A DNA stretch of 64,000 bases from Geosiphon pyriformis uo1 (taxonomy: Eukaryota > Fungi > Glomeromycota): NCBI GenBank assembly GCA_016748015.1, contig JAAOMT010000591.1, forward strand, positions 667,050 to 731,049, in the 5' to 3' direction. Under the pieces are notes generated by a model, which saw only the letters and a list, made by a program, of their open reading frames with translations, was not told where the DNA came from and did not search any database. Both the position numbers and the translations under genes were made by a program. Below, one piece after another: positions 36,399 through 47,566 of the stretch; the stretch's first letter is position 1; every line of letters begins with the position of its first letter.

Positions 36399-37851
36399 TC
36401 ACCACGTTTGCATAACTGATTCAACATTCTCGACAGCAGCTCGAGGATCATTTTTGTAGCAAACAAAATGACCTTGCAGTTGTGCAGTGCTAACTCCTTT
36501 ATCTTTGACCTTATTGACAAACTGTTCCGCCAATTCATCTTCTCCATCATAAAAACGAAGGAACATTACGCGAATTTGATATTCTGTTGCGTTCCCCAAA
36601 TGCTCCTTGATGTCAACGCGCCCCGGACGAATTAATGCACGATCTAGACGATCAACGTGATTTGTCGTCATGAAAATTATGCGCTCTTCAGAAGATGCAA
36701 CCCCATCCATGGCATTAAGCAAGCCACTAAATGTTACGGTTGACTGATAACTTGAGAAATAAATTTGGGAATGTCAGATTAAGTTTAAATAAATCAGATG
36801 AACTGGACTCTAACGTAATTGACAACCTTTGTTGATTGGCTGACAATCGTTTGGTAAACGCAGCATCAATATCTTCCAAAAGAAGTATGCTTCTTTCTGG
36901 TGCATTACTTAATAGATGATTCAATCTATCATCGGTCAGACCACGCTCACTTAAATTCAGGACACATATGTTATACTCTAACTCTCCGGCCAGAGCTTGA
37001 ATAAAACTACTCTTGCCACTGCCCGGTGGACCGTATAACAAATAACCACGACGATATGGGATCCCTGTAAAAGTTGTATTTTTCTGAGTAATGAGCAATT
37101 AAGATATATTGCTTTTAAAAACCTATATTGACCTCTCTGGCTATACCAATTTCCATTATTAATGAAATCTCGGACATCCCAGACGATTTTTTCCTTTACA
37201 TCTTTATCAAGTATTACTGAATCCAATGATCTGCGTTTCCTAGGTAGTCCAAAAGGTCTCCATTCAGGGCCCCAACTCGTATAAATTACGGTCTTGCCTT
37301 CTTGTTTTGCCAAGGCTAATTGTCGGGCCTTGGTGAGCAATTCTGGAAAAATATCCCGATCACGGCTGAGCGTAGTTAACGTGATTATTTCCCATGGACC
37401 CCCGGTTGATAAATTTATTGTTTTGCTATCTCTTTGACGTTGGACCTAGAGTACTCACATTCAAAAATTTAGATTTTAAATAACAATCAACCATTAAATA
37501 TCGCACCTGGATCCAGGTGCCTCCCCATTTGAAATAATGTTTTCCGGGACCAGGAACAAGAGAAAAGTTTGCACTGCAACTACCATTATCATGTTGCACA
37601 AAAGAAGTCTCTACAGCATATTTATGAGTTCTGTGTGTTGATTGTTGAGACATCCATTGTAAGAACCATAAGTAAGATTTATCGTTTGACGGGATTTCTA
37701 AGGAAACCAAAAGACGACGACGCGCCAGTGCTGCACCACGTGTCAGTCCTTGTCTAAAAATTGCCAACCCGGCGCCTACACCTATAACTCCTACTCCAGC
37801 AGAAAAGTAGGGATTAGACTCAAGCAGACTGGCAAAAAAGTTTTCTAGCAT
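36399..37851 (-). CDS. BCS1: Mitochondrial AAA chaperone BCS1, 415 aa; exons 37851-37507, 37445-37133, 37064-36827, 36750-36399
   Basis: [18 protein letters not shown], Walker A GPPGSGKS, Walker [22 protein letters not shown]. The spliced frame is 1248 nt. Confidence 0.97.
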
Positions 37852-38106
37852 GGATGAATGTTTATTCTTTTCACATCTCGAATTTTCAGATTATCATCCA
37901 GTTTAAAATTTTTTATTTTTATTTTTTTTTATTTAACGTGATAGCCCGATCACTATCTAATACAATATGACTACATAAGAGTCTTAAATTAGACGTGGCT
38001 CACGCGTTTTCTACATGTGACTCGACACGAGTCCAATCAAATTATGTTGAAACTATTGAGGAGAATCTATGTACGCAACTAAAGTATTACTATTTTTTAA
38101 CCATAC

Positions 38107-38633
38107 TGTTACGGGTTGGAGTAACAAGCTAACGGATAGCAAGAGAGAACAGGATTGTATGGTGATGAAATTAATCAAAGGGTAATTCAACTTTAAAGAG
38201 CAAATTGAATTGGTAAGGATTCAATGTGTGAAATCAGTTTCATAAATATCTCAGTCGCTATTCTTTTTGGGAATCTGAAGATAGAGGAGTCTGTACTGTC
38301 AACAAAAGATAATACACTAGTATAATTCTATGTCTTATTTTAGCACTTTTAGAATTTAATATTAGGTATAAATTGTACTTTTCAGTAATGTTTATTTAAT
38401 AATCTACAAGATTAACAGTTATATAAATTTGAAAGAAAAATAAGTGATATGGAAAAATTGAATATTTAGAAATAATTTTTATTTTTTTGATTTCTTACAT
38501 GTTTTTCTATAGTTAAAAGACTTATTACTTATATAATTATTCAAAGTAATTAATAACCAAAATTAATGATCAGATTATTAATTAAGTTAATAATCACTTT
38601 ATAAAAATAGAGTGGTTAATTATTTAATATTAG
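38107..38633 (-). mobile_element. Element I: Fam3 LTR (3' or solo), cut by insertion of H
   Basis: TGTTACGGGTTGGAGTAACAAGC is the reverse complement of the Fam3 LTR end. Flank is ATAC and no PBS follows. Confidence 0.85.
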
Positions 38634-41420
38634 TGTTATAGTTGAAAACCATAGTTTTTATTAGTTATTACATGTATTAGCCATTGATGTTATATAATTA
38701 GCCACCCTATTTTTAGATAGTAATTGTTAACTTAATCATTAATTTAATTATTAACTTAATCATTAATTTAATTATTAACTTAATTGTTGACTTGATTATT
38801 GATCTGATCATTGACCACTTTTAATAGCTATATAAGTGATAAGTCTCTTAATTATAGAAAAACATATAAGAAATCAAAAAAAATAAAACAATATTTATTA
38901 ACTTAATTTTTTTTCTATTATTTGTTTTTTTTTCTTATTTTTTACTTTTAAATATCTAAATATTTTGGAATAAAAAATTACTTGTTGGTATTTATTTACT
39001 TTTTTTTAATCTGTATAATTGTAATATTTAAAAATTATTGAATAAAAATGTAATTAAAGAATATATTTAATATCTGATATTGAATTCTAAAAATACCAAT
39101 ATAAAATATAAAATTATATTAGTGTATTATTATTTGTTAATAGTATAAACTATCTTTTTATCTTTAAATTTTTTAGTTATTTTTTAGAAAAATTAGTAAC
39201 TAAGATATTTTATGAAGCTAATCTTATATATTAAATTCATATTTGAATTCTCTTTAATTAATTTTATTACTTTACAATTTTGTTTTTTTTGTTATCTATT
39301 AGCTTGTTACTTTAACCTATAATATAAAAGTGGTGTTTTTTGTAAGATTGCTAAAATCTATTTGTTTTTTATTATATAGATGATTATTTATATCTGTTAT
39401 AATAATCAGAAGAATACTTTAAAGCACACAACAAAAATAACTTAAACTTTATTGTACTTAATCTCTTATCTTCTTGCTTAATTTGCTTTTTTATTAAAAA
39501 ACAATCCAATAAACAATTCCAAAACTTTTGAAACTGGTTTTTGAACAGAAATTTAGCTGAAACTTATACAGTATATACAACATATTTTTTTAATTAAGCT
39601 TATTTTAAAGACAATTTTTTAAAAAAAAAACAATATTAATTAGCTTTTATATTCAACAATTTTTAAACAACAGTTTTTTAACTTTAAATATCTAAATCAT
39701 TAAATTCACATTTGAATTATTATTTATTAATTAACTAAAACTCTTTTTGTTTTTAATCCTTTCTTAAGTAAATCAAATTATTTTATACAAACAGTTATTC
39801 CTAAACTAATAATTGTTAATTCTATGTAAACAAATATTTTGGCTGCTTTTTATGGGATATAAACTACTTTAAAGTAAAAAACAATACATTATTACTTTTA
39901 TTTAAAGACAATATATAAGATCTAATTAAATAATTAAATAATTTTAAAAAAGCAGCTACTATTAATCAATATGATATTAAATACAAGTTTCAAATTATTA
40001 GTAGCTATTTTTAAGACTTTTTTGTTATTTGGTTTTTACAAAAAACCAATGCTAATACTTACCAAAAAATTATCAAATAAATATCAACAAATTTTGAAGA
40101 AGAAAATATTTTTTTTACTATCTGGTTTGAAAACAAATTCAGAACTTTTATCTTAATTTTCAAATAAAATATAACATTAAAAAAAATTCAAGGTTTTAGT
40201 AAAGTTATAACTAAATATGCCAAAGCAATCAAAAAACTTATTAAATAAATAGATTTTGGAAAAAACTAAACAAAAAAACAATAAATTTTATTTCTTTACA
40301 AAAAAATTAAAAACTAACTTATTATGTTTTTTGGTTTTTTATGGCTTTAAAAGATAATTTAACCATAAATATGATTATTAAACTTACACAAAAAATTAAA
40401 AATAACCAAAAAATGCATTTGAAAACTACACTTTCAGTTTTTGCTTTTGCTCTTATTATAACTTCTGTATTTTAAATGGCTGCTACTTTTTTTATCACTT
40501 AAATTTAAGATCTTAATAAATAATTAATAAATAAATTTATAGCCAATTTTGTCAGATTACTAAAACTTTTAGCTTAAACAGTCAAAAAAATTTAGCAACT
40601 TCAAAGATACAGATTTGAACTCTGCTTTAATTAGTTCTAGCAATTATCTTATTAAAGACTACAAAATTATGGCCTATTTGTTTACTATTATTATAGATTG
40701 ACTAAATATTTTTCCAGAGATTATAACAATTTTTTTGTCTTTTCTAATTCTTAAATAATAATGTTATTAATTAAAGATTTAATTATGCCAACATTAATTT
40801 TTTTAAAGAGAATTTTTTAATAAAAGCTATTGTTTATTAGCTTTTAAACTAGTAAATATACCTTTAAAGAATAAAAATGCAAGCCAACCAAAAAAAAACT
40901 TTTTTTGCATTTTTAATTTAATTAATAATAATTATAATATAGATAAACTGGCTATTAATTGTTCTAAATCCATAAAAAAAAACCAAGATTAATTTTGTTT
41001 AAATTCCAATAAAGTTTTAATTTTTACTGTTAATAATAATAAGTCATCAAAAGTTAAAGTTTTTAAAAATTTTTCAAAATTAAAATCTTCAGAAATAGTG
41101 CAAAAATTTAGTCCTTATTTTATTGTTAAAGATCTTATAGAAATTCTAGTACACATTATTTTTGGCCAATTAATAACTTATTTCTAGTTTAAAAAAAATT
41201 TTCATAAATTATTGATTTCAAAGAAAAACTAATAAATATTTTTGTTAAACTAAACTTATTAACAATAGTAATATTATTTTTTTAATTTACAAAGCTCAAA
41301 TAATTAATTATTTTTTTGATTTAATTTTAAATACATCTTTGAAGCAATTAGAAAAAAAATTAATAAACTTTTAACTTAACTTATAATTAATATACATAAT
41401 AATAAAAAGAAAAATTTTAG
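38634..41420 (+). mobile_element. Element H: extremely C>T/G>A-eroded Fam3 element (5' LTR 38634-39324, PBS, gag, protease; 3' truncated)
   Basis: Collinear with F 24978-~27940. TAAAAG-TGGTG PBS at 39325-39347. TTTAAAC at 40843. Confidence 0.87.
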
Positions 41421-41814
41421 TCTAGAATGCTCTCAATTGACTTAAATTTGTGTTTCCAATTTTTCTATAGTTCAAGTTCAAAAATTTTTGTTCTAATTCA
41501 ATTTTGGGCTTTTTATCAAGATTATTATGAAATTTGTTTTCTTTAATAATATGGTTTAGTATTATTTTTTGTTTTTTTTTGTTCAGAATACTCTTAATTA
41601 TTGTTTTTTTGTTTAATTCAAAGTTTTGTTGTTTTTTGATGATATTGTTTATTATCTGTTTCTGTTGTTGTAGCCTAATTTTAGCATGTAGTATTAATCT
41701 GTATTCTTTTTTAATATTAAGTAATTCTGTAATAAGTTTATCTTTTAAGAAAGTTATCAGATATAGATTTACTACTTCAGGTTTTAACTGTTTTTATTTA
41801 GCCAACAGCCATAT
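41421..41814 (-). mobile_element. Degenerate LINE ORF2 fragment (EN-RT linker region)
   Basis: Minus frame reads ...KKQQNFELNKKTIIKSILNKKKTKIILNHII, resembling the pre-RT motif of LINEs. Not LTR-family sequence. Confidence 0.45.
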
Positions 41815-42723
41815 TGTTACAGGTTGAAATAACAAGCTAACAGATAGCAAGAGAGAACAGAATTATAGGATAATGAAAGAAATCAAAGGGTAATTTAACT
41901 TTAAAGAGCAAATTGAATTGGTAAAGATTTAATGTGTAAGATCAGTTTCATAAAATATCTTAGCCACTATACTTTTCAAAAGATAACTGGAGAATTTGAA
42001 GGTAGAGGGATAGTTCATACTGTCAACAAATAATTACATACTGGTATAATTCTATGTCTTATATTAGCACTCTTAGAATTCAATATTAGGTATCAGATGT
42101 ACTCTTTAGTTATGTTTTATTCAATAATCTTTAAATGCTGCAATTACACATTTCAGAAAAAGGGTAAGGAATAACCAACAAGTAATTTTTTATTCCAAAA
42201 TATTTAGATACTTGAAGATAAAAAAAGAGAAATTAGCAATAAGAAAATAATTAAGATAAAGGTTGTTATTTTATTTATTTTCTTGCTTTTATTCTTATAT
42301 ACTTTTCTACAGCTAAGAGATTCATCACTTATATAGCTATCAAAAGTGGTCAATGATCAGATTAATAATTACTATCTAAAAATAGAGTGGCTAATTATAT
42401 AACATTAGTGGTGTTACTGGAGGTTTTTGGTTTCTTTTCTTGAATGTTGTAACTGTCTGTTGATTGCAAATTCACGTTTTCTAGAAGTAGTTGAACCTCC
42501 AATAACTGAATTTATCTTCAAATTATCTTCTATAATTTGAACTGTTGGGCTTATAAGTGGAATGGCCAATTCCATGTCAGTTACTTTATGTAGTTATGTT
42601 GTAGTAAATGTTAACTCTTTCCCAGAAATTGCTCATCTGGAAGCTCACTAAAAATGTGTAGTTACTTTGCTGTAAAAGTCAACTCTTCTACAGGAATCTC
42701 ATCTGTAGACTACCCTAATGATT

Positions 42724-44614
42724 TTTTTTTTATTGTTTAATGAGTGAGGTCCAAATATTATCTAGTACAATACATTATAAGAGATCTAAACTAGGCATAA
42801 ATCATGCATTTTCTACACATAACCAGCCACTTAGGCCGATCAGAACTACATTAAGCATCTATAATAACTAACACAGAATCCCCAATACTCACAAAAAATA
42901 AACAAGATGCATGAAAGCCAAAGCTAATGCCAAAAGCCTCTGCAATACCCAACATTTTTATCACTCCTGCAGAGAATAATAAAGAAAGACCACACACTAG
43001 GCCAGGAATAGAGCCATCTCTAAGAATCAGGCCACACTTCTCTATTAAAGCATGGTGACTTGTATGAACCAGCCAAACCTCATCTCTAAAAGCAAGACAA
43101 AAATTTTGCACAAATTCTACTACCCTTTAACAAGCAATCTTTGAGTCTCTGAAAACCAAAACCACTTCCTAAAAACAAAGTTTGAACATAAAGCCCTTAC
43201 AGAATGCTGAACACAACAAAGTATTAGAAATGCAAGAGAGCATAAGCTGCATAAGTTGTGATGATGACTGGAGTAAACCAGAAATTGCCTCCCAGATAGC
43301 CACGTGCATGTCCAACAGCTGGGCATGGATAGCAGTATCAGAACTACAAGAGAAAACATGATCAGAAACTTTGACTTCACCACAATACAAGCATAAAATG
43401 CTAGGATAAGATCTACTATAAAGGCACTTGTGGACAGCAACAGGCAGTCGGTAATGTAAAGCCTTCATGAAATAAGTACGAGCACCGGCAGAACATTTAC
43501 CAATAGAACTAGCAGCCATATGCATATCAGAATGCCACATGAGAGAAGACCTATGCCAGTCCACATTGTTATGCAAACTGGTGACCAAGACCCTAAAACT
43601 CGAACTAATCTCCCATTGAGCATGATGAATACAATAAAAAATATCATGAACAAAATGTCTAGAATTTTCAGAAACAGCCATACCACCTGCCAAAATATAG
43701 CATGCATCTACACACAAAGGAAGAGAATATTTAGACATAGTAGCAGTTATAGCAAGAGCATCTGCACGCTCATTACTCACAACACCAGAATGTCATTTGA
43801 CTTTAAACCAACAGATGTTCAGATTTTTATTATGAATCAAGTTGTAAATGTAATGGCATTCTAACCAGCATCGATTTCGAAAGTCCAGAACCACCAGACC
43901 CAGCTCAAATTTGTATGCATCCAAAGCCACCTGACTGTCAGAGAACAAATGAACAGAACTAGAGGGGGAACACACTCAAGAGCCAGAGCAATAGTCTGCA
44001 ATTTCACCATAGTAGAAAACACCAAACCAGAGACTTCAACACACAAACCCAAATTAACACCATCAAAAAAAACAGCAGCACCAGTCTGCATGCCAACAGT
44101 ATCTAAACCAGCCAAAGAACCATCAGTATAAACCAATATACTATCAGTACCGACACCAAGCAGACGATTGTGAATTGTAGTAAAATCAATCAAATTCAGA
44201 ACATTGCGAGAGGCAACCCCACCAATGGCAGAAGACGTGATGGAAACGGGAGCCACCATGTTAATAAAAGAAACTGAAAGATCAAACCAAACAGGAATCG
44301 GCCCACATGAATCCAACTGCTTCCAATGTTTAAAGGTTGCCCAAGTAAAAGCAGTCCTACTGCAGTTCCGAAGTTGGTCCACAAAAGCAACATCATAATG
44401 CCGAAGAGACGGAAAACATTTGACAAATCTAGACTTACCAAGAACAGATACCATAGGAGTCCCTTTCTAAAAACGAAAAGCATTGGCTCCAATGCCACCC
44501 AAAAAAAAATTATAATCATAAAATATACAAACCAAGCCTGCCAAAAAATTATTGGAAGCACCAACACCAATATGAGTAAGAGAACTTAAGAGATAGATCG
44601 GATGCCAACACACT
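42724..44614 (-). mobile_element. 5'-truncated LINE: RNase H, C-terminal CCHC, 3' UTR and poly(A), inserted in the 3' LTR of D
   Basis: VYTDGS, SDSQ, KVK.H.G...NERADALA, CLYCGEVKVSDHVFSC. T10 at 42722-42731. TSD TAATGATT at 42716-42723 and 44615-44622. Confidence 0.9.
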
Positions 44615-45283
44615 TAATGATTGTAATAAGAAAATAAAAGAAAAATAAAAGAAATATAAAAGAAATAGAATTTTGTTAAGGGAAACATTTTCTATTTAGG
44701 CCTGGAGTTATTAGCAGTTTATTGAAATTGGTAGCTAATTAATTTCAAAACGTTAATTGTGTAGAGGGAATTTCAAGTGTAATAATTTAAGAATTTGGTT
44801 TTTCAAATATTTAATTTTTATTTGATTTTGTAAAAGGTGATTTGTTTCAATTAAGATATCTAAAATAAGATACTATGATAAAGTACTATGAAAAGATACA
44901 TTTTCTTAAAGAGAAAAACTCTTCTTTTATACAACTTGTTGTAGTACTAGTCTATGAACTTGCACTTTTTTTCTTTGCTCAAATTTTGGTGAACTAAAGA
45001 TACATTTTGATGAACTACAAGTTATTTCGCTGAACTATTAATTAATTTGGGTGAACTATTCATAATTTCGGCGAATTTCTGTAAATTTCGGCAAATTTTA
45101 GAATGTTACAAAGTTCAGGATATTGTGTAATTTAATCATTTTACTTTCTATTATACTAATTAGATTATTTTAATTGAATCGTGATATGTGATAATTGATT
45201 AAATAATAAATGATAATTTGAAATAATATTAATATACTAATTAATTATAGAAATTATAAGAGTAATTTCATGCTAATTAATAG

Positions 45284-45991
45284 CTAAAATTCTACTGGTA
45301 ACATAATCTTCTTCTCAAGACTGAGCTCCGTTAAAGTCCAAGCACTATCTGTAATATTAAGATAGTGATCCAAAATAATTGAAGTAATCTGGTCTGAAAA
45401 TTGTTGAAATTTCAGTTTTGTGAGTTTGCCAATGTATTGGACTTTTATTGATTGCAGTATTGGATTTTGTAGAACATTTTCACAAGTATTAAACAAATCA
45501 TAGAGTCTAAAAGCTGCTCTAAGTTTGTAGCAAGTGTTTATTGGTCCAGCTGCTGTTTTGAATTCATTGTGGATTTGTTTTTATATAGCTTTAGGAGTGA
45601 GATTTGTTGCTTCAAGTTCTATTTTTCATTCATAAAGTGTCTTTCCAATGTGAAAGTATTTATAGATAGGGGTGTGTTCATTGTTTTGTTCATTGAGAAA
45701 TAGTAGAAGTTTTTGTTGTATTGTAGCATTTGGTGGAATGTCAATAGGAGCAATTAAAAGATTTTTTTCTAGTGCTTGCTTTAAAAGTCTTGGTAATCTA
45801 TTTTCAGAGTGACTTCTTGTTTTTCTTCTATAGGGGTGATAGTTCTGTGAATGATTTGCTACTGGGGCTGTGGTTTTTTTCTGAATGTAATTAATTTGAT
45901 TTCCATTAATTGTTATGGATAAGTCAGGAAGTGTTTTCAAGGCTAACATTAACTTTTGGGATATTTGTTGAATATTTCGGGGAATAATCAT
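45284..45991 (-). pseudogene. ORF3 of element D (one internal stop)
   Basis: ORFs 45626-45991 and 45284-45496 match ORF3 of element A. Confidence 0.8.
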
Positions 45992-46135
45992 GATAAAATA
46001 ACTAATTATGAAAAGAGAGAATAAAGAAAATTATTTTTGGGATATGGGGTTTTTATTTGTTTTTGGGTTTGGGTGTTTTTGTAATTTATTTACTATTTTT
46101 GTCTTTGTGTTTTTATTAGAGAATTATTGTAAAAT

Positions 46136-47521
46136 TTAAGTGTTCAAGTTTGGTTGTTGTTCTATTATAATTATTGGTTCTAAATTTTGGGGAATATCTT
46201 CAGGATTAATTAAAGGGAAATGTGTACTAATTTGTAAAATTAATGATTCAGGATTGTTTCTGGAATGATAGTGTTTCAATCTGTCTCCATGTGCAACTTT
46301 TGCTAATATTTTGTCATCAAGTCTCAACTTGTATGATCCATTGCCTAGAATTTTGTGAATATAAAATGGTCCATCTCATTTGTTTTCAAATTTCCCACTC
46401 CATTGTTTTTCAGCCTTAGTTCTGTGTAAGAGAACTTTATTTCCAACTTTAAATTTGTTGATAATAGGTGGTAATTTGTTGTCATGTCTTTTTTTTTGTT
46501 GAACTTGGGAATGTTCAATATGAGTTGCTACTATTTTTCTTTTTCCTTTCAGTGTACTAAGAAGAGTGTAGGCTCTTCTTTGGAGTGTTTCTTGAAAGTT
46601 TTCTTCATTGATTGGTTGCACTGGGTATGTTTCCACTGTAAAATTAATTGGTAATGTTGCTGTCCTTCCATAAGTAAGATCAAATGGTGTGTGTTTCATA
46701 GTATCTTGTTTTAGCGTTCTGTATGCTAGTAACACTAATGAAATAAAGATATCCCATTTCTACTCAAAGTCTGTTAAGACTTTGGCTAGAAATTCACACA
46801 ATGTTTTGTTGAAATGTTCTACAAGTCCATTTGTTTGAGGATGATAAGGTGATGATAGAGATCTTTTGACATTGAACCATTCACAAATTTCTTGTATTAA
46901 GTTGTTCACAAAATGTGTTTCTTGATCAGATAAAAGTTCAATTGGGCATCTATGTCTACAAATAATGTCTTCATAAATGAAATTTGCTACCAATTTTGCA
47001 TCTGCTCTTTGGATGGCTCTAGCTTTAACCCATTTGGTAAGATAATCTACTGCTACTGCAATATAGCAATTTCTTTGGGTTGTGATAGGTAATGGTCTGA
47101 CTAAATCAATTCCAACTCTGTCAAAAGGTTGTCCAACTTTGATTGGATTTAAAAGTTCTATGGGGTGAGTTTCTTCTCTTTTTTGGCAACTATCACAAGA
47201 TTCTACATATTGTCGAATGTTTTTTTGCATGTGAGGCCAAAAATAATGTTCAAGAGTTCTTTGAATGGTTCCATTTCTTCCCAAGTGTGCTGAAGACAGA
47301 TCTGTGTACATGTTGTATAAAATTGTTTCTTTTTCATTCTTTTGTACTAATCTGAGTAGTTGGTTTGGGTTTCTGTGATTTTTATAATAGATTTTGTTCT
47401 GGTGTATAAAATATTGTTTTGATTGGTGTTGTAAATGATGTTTTTCACTTGGAGACCAGTTTTCTGGCATGGTAAGGGTCTCCAAATAATTTTTAAGATT
47501 GCTGTAATTTCTGGGATCCAT
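46136..47521 (-). pseudogene. Stand-alone integrase ORF of element D (MDPRNYSNL...)
   Basis: ATG start. HHCC, GIDLV, SPYHPQTNGLVE, GPF. Ends EPIIIIEQQPNLNT*. Confidence 0.9.
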
Positions 47522-47566
47522 TTTTGTTTGGTAAGTTGGTAAGTTGTGGTGGAATTGTTGTTGGTA

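Noticed and set aside
36732-36743. TGTTACGGTTGA, matching the Fam3 LTR start, inside BCS1
   Set aside because: It is the antisense of the conserved STVT codons with no further LTR similarity, so a chance match.
41534-41827. Hydrophobic 97-aa ORF that looks like a membrane protein
   Set aside because: It is the T-rich antisense of an A-rich degenerate LINE-like frame.
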